The position numbers and the translations under genes were made by a program. Shown one piece after another: positions 1 to 10,834 of a stretch of 60,520 nucleotides of DNA. The notes below the pieces were generated by a model. That model was not told the DNA's origin and did not search any database. It saw only the letters and a program-made list of their open reading frames with translations. The DNA is from a virus (Duplodnaviria > Caudoviricetes): IMG/VR virus record IMGVR_UViG_3300001683_000034, positions 1 through 60,520 of that record, one strand, 5' to 3'. Position 1 is the stretch's first letter. Every line of letters begins with the position of its first letter.

Positions 1-19
1 TTTATAATCTGCCATTCAA

Positions 20-508
20 CTAGACTTCCCCAATGATGCCTATTGTAGTAGACGCGCCAACCTCTGAAGGAAGGTTAGCTGGAATAGATTGTTTAATCCA
101 AAGACTAAATGAATTAGTGTCTGCCAGGGGATCTGGGATTGTAAGTGCAGTCGCATTTGCAAGTCCAATAGGTTCGACAAAGACTATAATACCAGGGTTA
201 GATGATGGGTCATCGGCTGTATCATTCCCAACACCAGCAGATATTTGAATCTGTCCAGGATGTTTAACATTATTTAAAAACACTTTTACGTTATTGATTG
301 GACTACCCGACGTGTTCCTTACCCAGATCTTTTGATATCTTACTCGAGCATCTTGTCCTATATAATCACTAACTCCTTCTGGAAAAACATCACTAAGTGT
401 AGCTCCTACTTCGTTGCCTAGGTCTATTGCGCCACCAACAGTATTCGTATCTGGAGGACTAGATATATTCCAATTTGCAGACTGGTAAAAAGTTACATCA
501 AGTGCCAT
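20..508 (-). CDS. Hypothetical virion structural protein (baseplate/tail-distal module)
   Basis: 162-aa ORF with beta-rich-looking sequence (YQKIWVRN, FSLWIKQSIP), directly downstream of the baseplate J-like gene. Its ATG overlaps the TAA of the 508..672 reading frame (TAATG). Confidence 0.55.
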   Translation of the reverse strand: MALDVTFYQSANWNISSPPDTNTVGGAIDLGNEVGATLSDVFPEGVSDYIGQDARVRYQKIWVRNTSGSPINNVKVFLNNVKHPGQIQISAGVGNDTADDPSSNPGIIVFVEPIGLANATALTIPDPLADTNSFSLWIKQSIPANLPSEVGASTTIGIIGEV

Positions 509-1618
509 TATTGCCTCACCATTATCGGGTTAATCTCATCTTCGTCAGGAACGAAGAGCTCATCCTCTTCTAATCTTAGGTCTCTTATCGCCTGAACTCT
601 CTTATTTATACAGAGAAATATAACTTCTGCATTTGAAATACTATTATCGGTATTAATAACTTCAGCGATAACTGAGGGAACCGATTAATGATTGAACCCT
701 AGACTCTGCAACATTGATAGTAGATTCTTTAAGAGAATCATTCGCTGAGTTAATAAACTTGACCTGTATCTCAATCTTGATAGGTATATAATCGAATTCT
801 CGTATATTAAATGTTATGCCAAACCCAGAAGTATTAGACAAAATTCTGCTAAGGGCTATGATGGTTGATTGAGAAATTCTGTTACCCGTGGGTATGAGAT
901 AGACATCATAGCTACCTGACCCAGACACACCTGGTCTTATATCGATATTAGCTATGTCCTGAAACTGCTGAATAGCAGTTGCTATTCTCGATTCATTGGC
1001 ACCCTCGGAAGCTACAGACGCAGAAGATATTCTGTTCCTAAATGAATCATCGCTTTCTATTGCCATAGAATGTACTATCCCAGATGTGTTTGTTACAAAG
1101 AGGTTACTTATAGCTAGACTATGCGTTGTCATGGTATTTGGGCCAATATTTACAGAAGTTTCACTAGATAGAGTAGCGCCTACAAATACAAAAGTATCTG
1201 TATCATTGAAATCCACCTGACTAGATACCGTTAAGGATGCGCTACCATCTGTATTAGTGAGTATTACTCCAGCAGAAATAGTATTACTCCCTATTACTCT
1301 TTTTAATGTGTTAACTCCCGTAACGTAGAATTTAATGTTTTTATCACCAGCAGTCGTGGTATATGTATCAGAACGCCCTCTAGACAAACCAAAGAGAGAT
1401 CCTATCAGATCTAGATAATACCCAGATGCTGTATCTAGGTATACCATAGAAGAAGTTCTTGATATTTGAGAAGATAGCTCAGCCATTTGAGTATTCATAA
1501 TATCCGCTATGCTTCTTATAGCGCTTCCTGCAACAACGTTGTTAAATGGGGTATTAGCTAGCAGAAAGTTCATGCTTTCTGCTTGGAACGAACCAAATGT
1601 CTTTCTCTTCTTAGGCAT
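508..1618 (-). CDS. Baseplate wedge J-like protein, apparently frameshifted near position 673
   Basis: ORF 662..1618 has J/gp6-like motifs: YLDTASGYYLDLIGSLFGLSR, ESDDSFRNRI, GSGSYDVYLIP. A second frame (672..508, VIAEVINTDNSI...PIMVRQ*) fills the gap exactly to the next start codon. Confidence 0.75.
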
Positions 1619-2046
1619 TATGCTACCGCCTCTAACGTCCCATTATTGAAATCGTATTTATATGCCATTATGTATTCTTTAGCCGCAGCATTATTAGAGT
1701 CTTCTATTATCATCTCATTTATCTTGATTATAATTGCAACATCATGATTATCGACTGGTACTACATTCAACGTATGTGTAGATCCCATGAGTATCCCTTG
1801 GTTCTTGAAAAAATAATCAATATGTAATCTAATACTAGACCTAGTATTAAAACTGTTTGGGTATCCTATAAACCTTTCAGGGCTTGCTCCAAAATGCCTC
1901 TCGGGCTTATAGTCACCATACTCAGTTAATAGACAAAAGTTGATAGTTCTTAGGAGCGATTCAGACGCAGTAGATATGGCTAAATCGCCATTATCCACTA
2001 TCAGGTCACCATTCTCGGTAGTATTTATATCTCTATCAGCGTACAT
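1618..2046 (-). CDS. Baseplate wedge/sheath-initiator protein (gp25/DUF2634-like)
   Basis: N-terminal GDLIVDNGDL, then LLTEYGDYKPERHFGA. 142 aa, immediately upstream of the J-like gene. Confidence 0.65.
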   Translation of the reverse strand: MYADRDINTTENGDLIVDNGDLAISTASESLLRTINFCLLTEYGDYKPERHFGASPERFIGYPNSFNTRSSIRLHIDYFFKNQGILMGSTHTLNVVPVDNHDVAIIIKINEMIIEDSNNAAAKEYIMAYKYDFNNGTLEAVA

Positions 2047-2050
2047 CTAT

Positions 2051-2491
2051 CTACTCCGGTTGAAATGAATCATAGTCAAACACTTGATATATGTATTTAA
2101 CATTCACGCTATATTCGTCTCTATCTATTTCGTTAAGACCATTCATTATCTCAGATCCTAAAGCAAATAGAAACAAGTATTTACTATTGTCTGGGCTTAA
2201 TATAGAGAATGGCGTTAGACTGGTTGGCGGGACTTCAGTGGTCAATTTGTTAATCGAGTTCCCGCCAAAACTAATGGATTCTGGTGCTGCATCGATTTGA
2301 ACGCCATCTGATCCTATCCTGGTCATATCCTGATCTATGGTCATTCCCCATTTATCACTACCTATGTCCATACCTGGGGAAAGACTCAGTTTTCCCTTGG
2401 TGAGATTCCAGGTCAATGGCCCTATATTCTCATCGCCATCAGACAGGAAATTTACTGGTATTTGGTGAGAAGAAGGCTCAATACCCATCAT
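2051..2491 (-). CDS. Hypothetical baseplate-region protein (possible spike component)
   Basis: 146-aa ORF in the operon between the hub-like and gp25-like genes. Function inferred from position only. Confidence 0.4.
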   Translation of the reverse strand: MMGIEPSSHQIPVNFLSDGDENIGPLTWNLTKGKLSLSPGMDIGSDKWGMTIDQDMTRIGSDGVQIDAAPESISFGGNSINKLTTEVPPTSLTPFSILSPDNSKYLFLFALGSEIMNGLNEIDRDEYSVNVKYIYQVFDYDSFQPE

Positions 2492-2515
2492 TCAAATCCT
2501 TTCTATCGTAGTAAT

Positions 2516-3307
2516 TCACCGTAGGGACCTCCTACTGGCTTCTGCATCAACCTTGCGCAATTCTATTGTTCTTTTATTGCAATCGTCATTTAATACAGCA
2601 CCTATACCATTTTGTAAATTTTTAGCTACGGAGTTAGCATCATTGACATCAGCATCTTTTATATAGGCAGATACTCCTGAAGGAACAATATCTGTACCTC
2701 TGATATCATTGAGATCTGTATATACTATAGATACTATAGATATATTAGACATCGATTTGGGGCCACTACTTCTAGCTGTAGATATATCAAAGATCACAGT
2801 AGGACCAGGAGACTTTATGAAATCTATCTTATGGGGACCTAGAATAGATTTAGGCATCCTATAGGTATTCTTGAACGCCCAAAATCCTTGATATGCTGCG
2901 AGCCTATTGATAGCGGTAGAAGACAAATCTTCAGGTGGTGATTTATCTGTCGAAGGGGTGTTCTTGAGCGCGTTCATTTCTTTCTCGGTTAAACTTGACT
3001 TATAGAATTCAATTCTTCTTTTTATTTCTTTTTCAGAAGGTGAAGCATCTGGGTCCTTGTCTCTGCCTTTAATGAAACCTTGGAATGTCTGAGACAGGCT
3101 CCTATCCATTAATATGATATATGTATCCAACCCAGATGAGATTTCTCCAGTACAAATAGGAATCCCATCGGAAAAGTTTTCGCTGGAATCCAAGTATGGA
3201 CCCTTATAGACAACTGCAGTAACCCTCTTTTTATAAGAATTTAAACCGATAAACTCGTCTTGTCTGACATAGTCAACTGCTTTTTTAAGAAATGTTTGTC
3301 TAACCAT
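2516..3307 (-). CDS. Hypothetical baseplate-region protein
   Basis: 263-aa ORF whose start overlaps the stop of the 2508-aa gene. Confidence 0.45.
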   Translation of the reverse strand: MVRQTFLKKAVDYVRQDEFIGLNSYKKRVTAVVYKGPYLDSSENFSDGIPICTGEISSGLDTYIILMDRSLSQTFQGFIKGRDKDPDASPSEKEIKRRIEFYKSSLTEKEMNALKNTPSTDKSPPEDLSSTAINRLAAYQGFWAFKNTYRMPKSILGPHKIDFIKSPGPTVIFDISTARSSGPKSMSNISIVSIVYTDLNDIRGTDIVPSGVSAYIKDADVNDANSVAKNLQNGIGAVLNDDCNKRTIELRKVDAEASRRSLR

Positions 3308-6300
3308 TAGATTTCACCGACTCTTTTAAGTAGAAGAAGTGGGTCACCTTGCTCAGTTGGGGCAGCCATCCATTCTCTGAACCAGTAGCCTAGCTCAGTC
3401 GAAAGGTCGGACCAGGCGTCGTTGTGCTCTAGGGCATCATACATATTTTCTAGCCCTGATGCGAATGGAGCTCCATTGTATCTTAGTAGATTTATCTTCG
3501 CCGGCAGATAGGCTGTACCAGCATTGAATGTATCATCAGCTCCCTTAGATAAAACACTTGTTTGAGACAACATAGGAGACATGAACTGGTCTACAATATC
3601 CCCTCCTCCTCTCCCGCCTATTCGCAAAACCATTGTTTGCCAGAATACTGCTCTTGCACCTGCAGAAAAACGCTGACCTAGTATCACGCTAGTTGCGGTT
3701 CCCGAACCACGTGCTACTGTTGTCCAGCTGTGCAGTGCTGTTACTCTACTGGCAGCGGTAGCCTTGGCTCCAGCTGCTAATACTGCAGGAGTTGATCGTA
3801 CCGCTTCCAGTACTCCAGGAAGAAATTTATTACCTGTGCCCTTACCTATGGCTATTCCGGCTGCTTTTATCGCAGAAAATGCATTACGTCCTCCTCCTGC
3901 AAATGGTATCAACGCACGCGTAGCCTGGAATGCACCAACCATTGTTCGAATTACTACATTTGCTGCAACTCCTGCAGTCATAACAATTCCACCTAGCATA
4001 GGTACAATCACGGATACTACAGTAAGGATATTCATGGCTTGCCCAAAAGCACGACCATTACCCACTGTATACCAGAATTTCTTCATCAAAGATCTTTCGT
4101 AGGTACCCAACGAACTATTCTCGGTAGATAATGCACAAGGAACTACCGTAGTTGTCCAGCCATTAACCGCGCTGAAATTCTGTATAACTCTTTCCGCCAT
4201 GACTACGCCATACATGTTATTCACATCATCGGCTAGATGTATGGCATCATACGGCTTCATATTCCTACCTATCATAATGAGACTACCGCGATACATTTTA
4301 GATAGCCCTTGAGCTATTCTAAATGTCATTGCACGCTTTGCTAAGTTCGGAGTTGTAGCGTTTATCTCTGTAAAAGTTTCAAGGATATCTTTTGGTGCGG
4401 GGTACATACCTCTATAATTCATCCCAGCTGAATCTGCGTGAGGCCACGAACCAAAGCCTTGATTCGAGGCAATACGGAATACACCCGCACTCCTATCTAT
4501 CCCGTTCTCTTCAATACCATAATTACTAAAACCCCAATTTCCAAAACCGGCTGTTTCATCGACTGTATCGATAGGAACTAGCAATCTAACAGCACTCCAC
4601 ATATCAGATTCTGTTGCAACTATATTATTTGCTATCAGGTCGTGAGTAGTACTTACTACGTGATGATCTCTAAATATTTTATAGTTATATGGTAGCGTAG
4701 TTCTTATGTCCTCATCCCCTGTCATCAATTCTCGGATTGTACTCTCAACTTCATCCGGATCTTCGCTGTCTAAAATTTCAGAAGCTAGCAGTAAAACTTG
4801 TTTGTACGGAATAATAAAATTTCTAACTAGTTCATAATAGTTATTATTATTGTAAGCTCTATATCGAGGAGAAAATACTGCATCTAGATCTACACCATGC
4901 TTTAGAGACCGTGGAGACGGAGAGAAGGGAGAACTAGCGCCGCCCGTAAATTTTTCGGTCCAAGTTTGCTGAGGATTGCTCCGAATATTATATATAAATG
5001 GCTCAAACCTGATTGTGGAGTTATGCCTCTCTCTCCCTCCCCCTAGGCCTCTCAAAAAGCGAAAGTTAACTGTATGATTATGATCCTGTACACCTGTAAC
5101 ACGGGTAGCAAGTTTAAATTTGGCGATATCACCCTTATTAGACATGATAAGATTGGGGGCCAATTCGAGCATATTTACGTCTAGGCCATTTATCTTTAAC
5201 TGAAAATAGCCCATGCCACGCTGACTCCACAAATTGTGGTAGCGTGTCTTATCATAATATGTATCGCCTCCACCTCTTTTATAAATTTCTCCCCCCGGAT
5301 CCTCATAGAACGTGTACATATCTTCCGGAGAACTTCCTGCTGAAGGATGACTCTCGCTATTAAGATAGAATTCACCAACCTGTTGTGAGAGTTTGGCAAG
5401 ATTATAATAATTATCCTGGATATCTTTCTCAGATAGATTTAAGAAAATACCCAGGAGATTGGCATGGACCTCATCTATATGATTCTTCTTATTTCCTGAA
5501 TCGCCTTTTACCCAAGGATTAAAATAAACATTATAAACTAAACGTTCTAAATCTTCATCTTCCCAATGTGTAAGGGATTTAGATTGCTCGGAGGCTATTG
5601 CTTCTCCGCCGGGAGTTCTAGCAGCGATTATTCGTTTATATCCTGTAGTCTCAACAAGCTCGTCTATATGTAGTAATTCTATTGTTTTTATTCTATTGTA
5701 TTGCCCTACTCTTCTTTTTATCGCGTTGCTTAAATTATTTATCTGTTGAAAAAGCATATTATATTTTGCATGCTTACCAAATTCTCGTTCTTGTTGCTTA
5801 TACTTTGATCCAAAATTATATTTAACTTGATATTGACTCTCTTCTTCCGTAGGAGGCCTAAACTGATATACGCCAGCTGGATCACCAATAAATAGAGTCG
5901 CATCCTGTTTATATGGAACTACCGTAACAATAAAATTAGGCATATACCTAGTGACTTCTCTGAGTCCGTCTATGACGGGACCATTAGTGACTAACCATTC
6001 ATTGGCGACATTGACGCTAGCATGGTTAGATGATGTATTATAAATATTCGTAGATAAATCAAATCCGCTAAAGCCAAAATAGTTTCTCTCTAAGCTTTCT
6101 GAAAGCCAACTGTATGTATCACCCCTCATCGTTTCCTGGAATCCTACCACTGTATCAAACTCACCACCAAGTGTTCTGCTTATATCATTATCGGTAGTTC
6201 CATAATCCCATGATTGAGTCCTTTCACTAAAAGGACCACCCTTTTTACGGGGGCTGAATTGAATAGGTTCACCAAGGTGAGACATGCCTTTTCTAAGTAG

Positions 6301-9300
6301 TTTTTTAGATGACGCTATATCTCCTAATAGTATATAATTTATAACATTTAAAAAAGAGCGTGTATGTGGATGCGATACGAATGGTATTAAATGCCGAAGA
6401 TTGCTAATCCAATCCTCTTCCAGAAAACCACCAAAATCATTTTGTAATTCACTTTGAAATCCTTGTGCTACAATTTCAACGATACTGCCGGCCTTAACTT
6501 CTGATATCTCTCCGGTAAATACAGTTTTTAAATGTTCTATATTATTTCCGTAGCCCATTTTTACCATGATATGTATGCCAGGCCTGAGCATAATCTTTCT
6601 AAGGAATTTTTCTCCTTCCTCATCTACGACTCTGTTGGTCTCAACTAAATTAGTACTAGACTCAGTTTTATCTTCTGATTCGGTAGTCTTATCTTCTGAA
6701 CTAGGGCTCTTCTTTATTTTTCTAGTGCTGACATGATCGGAGAAAGCCATGGTAGATAGTACGCCACCAAAGTTAGCTAGTTTCATAGTACATATATCAT
6801 TATCGTAGATATGTGAAGATATCGAGCATTCTACTACCTCACCGAAGCCATAGAAATCATCTTGGTGGTATGCCCTGTCTCGATCTTCTTCTATAAAATA
6901 AAGTCTTATCGTGGGGAAGCTTCTAAGAACAGACTCAGTGTGATCTGGGATATGGGCTATTTGCTGCCTATGTATAGCTTCTATCGCTTCTGGGTCATCC
7001 ATCGCTATGGACAAATCGGATACAGAGCTGTAGTACATTGGTTCTACTGCTTTACCATAATTGACTACTTTATATCCCCAAACAGATTCCTCATCATTTG
7101 CTGTTTTGACATCTGTTCTCTGGACGCCTCCTATAACAGTGCCCTTCTCAGTTAGGAATTCTATATGCAATGCATTGCCGTCTTTATACGCGTTATATAT
7201 ATTTTCTAAAGTCTTATCGTCCAGCTCTGATCCAAGCCCCTTTTGAAACGCGTCTCTCATGTTTTCTACCATAGCTTCAAAAGTAGTATTCCGTGCGGAA
7301 TACATCCCCGCATTTATCCCGGTCATTGCTTCATTCAAAGCTGCGCGCACTCTATCTCCGTTGAGCTGTAGAATTTCATTGTCATCTTTCTTACCAGCAG
7401 CTTCCAGTTTCGCTATAATAAAATCGTATAAACGTGTACTAGTCAATGGCAAAGTGATTGTTCTACCGCTGAGATATTCAGCTGCACCACTAGGTACATT
7501 GGCTTCTTCCGCCATACCTTGCTTATCTCTATGTCGAAAATAAAAGATATCCGGATCTATAAAATGTTCGGGACTTGCAGCAATTGCATCAGAGATATCA
7601 GCTATTGACATAGTTAGTAAATCTGCCATTTTTATATCTGTACCGTCGGGATTTCTATTAGGCAGCACACCTCTATCTCCACATTTTGGAGCAAATATTT
7701 TCATCAAACGATCTATGTTTGTTGACACAGGTGAATTATTAGGCACGATACCAACAGAAGTAGTAAAACTATCATTTATTTGTTTGATTGCTTTTGGATC
7801 ATTAAACAACTCACCATATGTCGGTAGATATAAATCAGGATATAGATTGATTATACTATTATTGAATGAGTTAACTTCTTTAGCTATTTCTTGTATCCGA
7901 GTTATATCTAGTCTTGCAGAAAGTGCTGAAGCTGAAGACTGGGTATCATCTCTTGCTCCATGCATAGACATATTACCAATATTTCTTGGAGAAGAAGAGT
8001 CGTAGTGTCTAGTAAGCTTAGATACTTCGCTTCCACTAGGCTCTGTAGTAATATCAAATATAAGCAAGTGGCGGTATTTTCCCGAGGCCAGGCTGCTTAA
8101 TATCTCAAACGATCTACTCATTTGTCCTTGGCCGACAAAGTCGTCTCCTTCAATCGCTCTAGTATGTATCCGCTCAAAGATACATTTTCCGATACTATCC
8201 CATAGATCCTTAGGCATTATCTTCCCTTGTTTATGGAATATATCTACAAGATTTTTAGCTTGGTATATGTCGAGATCATGCCCTTTAGATCGTATTCCAT
8301 ATACTGTGTTATCTATGCTGGGAGCAGCCGGGGCATAGGCGCTAAGAGGTATATCGATATGTACATCTGTATAGCCCGATTTAAGGGCATAGTACCTATT
8401 CTCAGTTGGATCTACTCCCCAACCAAGAATATTGTCTTGATTATAGCTTCCATCCTTTTCCTTGTATACTTCGGTAAATGGATTCTCGCTAGCCAGCCCA
8501 AAAAATATCCGGTGTAATTCAGGCGAATGAAATATTTTCTGAGTACTGTGCTTATTTTCTGTTTCAAAAATTGATCCAAAGTGAGAATGTAACTGCTGGC
8601 TACCGACGGGAGTAGCCAATAGAGTAGCAGCACTCCTAAAGAAACCTGCCCAAGTAGCCTCAAATTGACGATCCGATCTTATTGCACCCTTGGCAATTTG
8701 AAGTAAATCATTTTGAACTGCATCTCTGTTTACTGGATAGTCGACGAAAGCGGGAAAATCATGTGAAAGAACCCCTGTTGGTTTACTTAGTCTGTGATTC
8801 TCTCTTATCTGCACTATCTGATCGACTATCCCCATAAACACTGGACCATAGAGCACACCATGGACACCCCTACCAGGATTTAATATCGTTGGCAACGTAT
8901 CATCATCCGTGGCTAGTCCAACTACCCGCATAAGCTGTTCAAGTTTATGCACATGGTTTTGATCTATTGGACCATATTGAGTTCTTGAGTTAGACCATGG
9001 CTGGGCTGCTGCCCATATCTTATACAGATCATATAGGTAATCCCATATCATCTCTATGGACTTAAGGCTAATCACACCTTTCTCTAGCTGCAATTTTTCA
9101 TTTCCCATATCTTGATAATTCTCAATGAAATTAATTATTAACCTATATAAATCCGGAGAGTCCGGGTCGGACTCGATCGTTACAGATTGCGGAGTGACCC
9201 TAGATATGCCAAAAGAATTCACTAGTGGATTTTCTATGATACCAAAAGAATTAAACAAAAATTGTGATTTTTCAGCATCTACTATTCTTGCCTTCATAGC

Positions 9301-10833
9301 CATGAAGTCGCTTATTATCTTTTTATCTGTAACAAGAAATATCATCTGAAAGGAACTAGAATTTAATCCCATATACTGACAATTTGGAAACTTACTTCCC
9401 ATGAGCGGCATATCTATCGTCTTAGAATTAAATGCCCCAGATATCTTTTCTAAGATTATTGGCGCCTGAGTATCTGTTCTATCATATCTATCAGATGTAG
9501 TATCAAACAAGATTGGCCCACTAGCGATATCAAAGTAATACAATCTTATATCATTATTACTAACTTTAGAGAACTCTTTTGAATCATGCCCTCCAGGGTT
9601 TACCCCTCTGACTGCTACCTTGTCTAGCTCAAGCTGGCCTATTACTTTCTTTGATGCCAGTGATACATACCTCTTGCCCCAATAGCATTCCCATGGATTT
9701 AGTGTAGGATGCCCTCCAATGTCTTTATATGTTACAGAGCCAAAAGGAAATGCTGGCGAACTAACTATACCAAAAGTGAACCGTCCTAATATGGCTCCCG
9801 GCATATCATGCATAGTCTGCAGGCTAGCGCTTTTAAAGCAAACTGGAACTGGAAATTTAGCTATGCCGTTATCTTGCCCACCAGAATGAAACTCTTTAAG
9901 ACTAAAATCATCACCCAGTAAAGCATCTAAAGTTTGTCCACGTCCAATAATATGATCTAACGCTGCTTCTAATCCTAAATCTAATTCAGCAGATCCTCTA
10001 TTTAGGATACCTTCGAGAACTGCGGTATCACCTATCCCCATCGATTTGACGAAGCCTTGAATCCGTTCTTCTGGTGTACCATTTATCTTACCAAACTCTT
10101 CGGCTGCAAAGCTTTTTGAAATTGTTTTTACGAGCTCTGGGTAAGTATACGCAGACACAAATGCAGTACATAGGGCAGAAGAGTATATAGAATTTATTGG
10201 CATAAACTTAAACATATTATATAGATTTATAAAGCTGGGATAATCTTCTTCTGTAGATGAGAACACCTCGAAATTGGGAAATATAATATCTATTGAGATG
10301 GTATGTTTTGAACTATGATTTGGGATAACCCCGACAGATTTTGACCTTACTGTTGGTACCGGTTGATTGAGCAAATGCTCTTGTATATTAATAGAGCTAG
10401 GAATTATTCTAGGAAAACCTGTACCATTATCTGTCTCTGGAATCTTATAGAATCCAATTTGAGAGACATCGTCGCTAGATGAAGTAATGTCATCAAGGAA
10501 TCCTTGGGTTTGCTGTCTAATCCCTTTTAATACCTTTTGTCCCTGCTCAGGCAAAGTGCTATCGCCGTCAGATGTGAGGTTTGATACATAATTTAATAGA
10601 ATTTCCGTATAAGCTCTCCTGCCATCGGCTACTACGGCATAGCCAGCAGCGGGATACTTATCGTCGAATTCTCCCTTATCAATTCTACGGTGAAGTCCAC
10701 CTATATAATCGCCCATACTCATCAGTCCAACAGCTCCTGCTTGCTGAAGTTTACCGGCATAGACGTGCTCCATGAATACCGACCTATCGATGTCCATATC
10801 GCTTAAGACTTGAGTTATTCCTACTACTGCCAT
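3307..10833 (-). CDS. Giant baseplate hub-like/tail-associated protein
   Basis: 2508 aa. Hub (gp27/VgrG-like) segments LRPGIHIMVKMGYGNN..VFTGEISEV..IVEIVAQG and MYRGSLIMIG..MKPYDAIHL..NGWTTTVVP. Hydrophobic Gly/Ala-rich C-terminus. Lies between the tape-measure region and baseplate genes. Confidence 0.6.
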   Translation of the reverse strand: MAVVGITQVLSDMDIDRSVFMEHVYAGKLQQAGAVGLMSMGDYIGGLHRRIDKGEFDDKYPAAGYAVVADGRRAYTEILLNYVSNLTSDGDSTLPEQGQKVLKGIRQQTQGFLDDITSSSDDVSQIGFYKIPETDNGTGFPRIIPSSINIQEHLLNQPVPTVRSKSVGVIPNHSSKHTISIDIIFPNFEVFSSTEEDYPSFINLYNMFKFMPINSIYSSALCTAFVSAYTYPELVKTISKSFAAEEFGKINGTPEERIQGFVKSMGIGDTAVLEGILNRGSAELDLGLEAALDHIIGRGQTLDALLGDDFSLKEFHSGGQDNGIAKFPVPVCFKSASLQTMHDMPGAILGRFTFGIVSSPAFPFGSVTYKDIGGHPTLNPWECYWGKRYVSLASKKVIGQLELDKVAVRGVNPGGHDSKEFSKVSNNDIRLYYFDIASGPILFDTTSDRYDRTDTQAPIILEKISGAFNSKTIDMPLMGSKFPNCQYMGLNSSSFQMIFLVTDKKIISDFMAMKARIVDAEKSQFLFNSFGIIENPLVNSFGISRVTPQSVTIESDPDSPDLYRLIINFIENYQDMGNEKLQLEKGVISLKSIEMIWDYLYDLYKIWAAAQPWSNSRTQYGPIDQNHVHKLEQLMRVVGLATDDDTLPTILNPGRGVHGVLYGPVFMGIVDQIVQIRENHRLSKPTGVLSHDFPAFVDYPVNRDAVQNDLLQIAKGAIRSDRQFEATWAGFFRSAATLLATPVGSQQLHSHFGSIFETENKHSTQKIFHSPELHRIFFGLASENPFTEVYKEKDGSYNQDNILGWGVDPTENRYYALKSGYTDVHIDIPLSAYAPAAPSIDNTVYGIRSKGHDLDIYQAKNLVDIFHKQGKIMPKDLWDSIGKCIFERIHTRAIEGDDFVGQGQMSRSFEILSSLASGKYRHLLIFDITTEPSGSEVSKLTRHYDSSSPRNIGNMSMHGARDDTQSSASALSARLDITRIQEIAKEVNSFNNSIINLYPDLYLPTYGELFNDPKAIKQINDSFTTSVGIVPNNSPVSTNIDRLMKIFAPKCGDRGVLPNRNPDGTDIKMADLLTMSIADISDAIAASPEHFIDPDIFYFRHRDKQGMAEEANVPSGAAEYLSGRTITLPLTSTRLYDFIIAKLEAAGKKDDNEILQLNGDRVRAALNEAMTGINAGMYSARNTTFEAMVENMRDAFQKGLGSELDDKTLENIYNAYKDGNALHIEFLTEKGTVIGGVQRTDVKTANDEESVWGYKVVNYGKAVEPMYYSSVSDLSIAMDDPEAIEAIHRQQIAHIPDHTESVLRSFPTIRLYFIEEDRDRAYHQDDFYGFGEVVECSISSHIYDNDICTMKLANFGGVLSTMAFSDHVSTRKIKKSPSSEDKTTESEDKTESSTNLVETNRVVDEEGEKFLRKIMLRPGIHIMVKMGYGNNIEHLKTVFTGEISEVKAGSIVEIVAQGFQSELQNDFGGFLEEDWISNLRHLIPFVSHPHTRSFLNVINYILLGDIASSKKLLRKGMSHLGEPIQFSPRKKGGPFSERTQSWDYGTTDNDISRTLGGEFDTVVGFQETMRGDTYSWLSESLERNYFGFSGFDLSTNIYNTSSNHASVNVANEWLVTNGPVIDGLREVTRYMPNFIVTVVPYKQDATLFIGDPAGVYQFRPPTEEESQYQVKYNFGSKYKQQEREFGKHAKYNMLFQQINNLSNAIKRRVGQYNRIKTIELLHIDELVETTGYKRIIAARTPGGEAIASEQSKSLTHWEDEDLERLVYNVYFNPWVKGDSGNKKNHIDEVHANLLGIFLNLSEKDIQDNYYNLAKLSQQVGEFYLNSESHPSAGSSPEDMYTFYEDPGGEIYKRGGGDTYYDKTRYHNLWSQRGMGYFQLKINGLDVNMLELAPNLIMSNKGDIAKFKLATRVTGVQDHNHTVNFRFLRGLGGGRERHNSTIRFEPFIYNIRSNPQQTWTEKFTGGASSPFSPSPRSLKHGVDLDAVFSPRYRAYNNNNYYELVRNFIIPYKQVLLLASEILDSEDPDEVESTIRELMTGDEDIRTTLPYNYKIFRDHHVVSTTHDLIANNIVATESDMWSAVRLLVPIDTVDETAGFGNWGFSNYGIEENGIDRSAGVFRIASNQGFGSWPHADSAGMNYRGMYPAPKDILETFTEINATTPNLAKRAMTFRIAQGLSKMYRGSLIMIGRNMKPYDAIHLADDVNNMYGVVMAERVIQNFSAVNGWTTTVVPCALSTENSSLGTYERSLMKKFWYTVGNGRAFGQAMNILTVVSVIVPMLGGIVMTAGVAANVVIRTMVGAFQATRALIPFAGGGRNAFSAIKAAGIAIGKGTGNKFLPGVLEAVRSTPAVLAAGAKATAASRVTALHSWTTVARGSGTATSVILGQRFSAGARAVFWQTMVLRIGGRGGGDIVDQFMSPMLSQTSVLSKGADDTFNAGTAYLPAKINLLRYNGAPFASGLENMYDALEHNDAWSDLSTELGYWFREWMAAPTEQGDPLLLLKRVGEI

Positions 10834-10834
10834 T

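Noticed and set aside
6655-6700. Short SEDKTTE/SEDKTE duplication in the 2508-aa protein
   Set aside because: A minor in-frame duplication in a low-complexity linker, with no sign of function.
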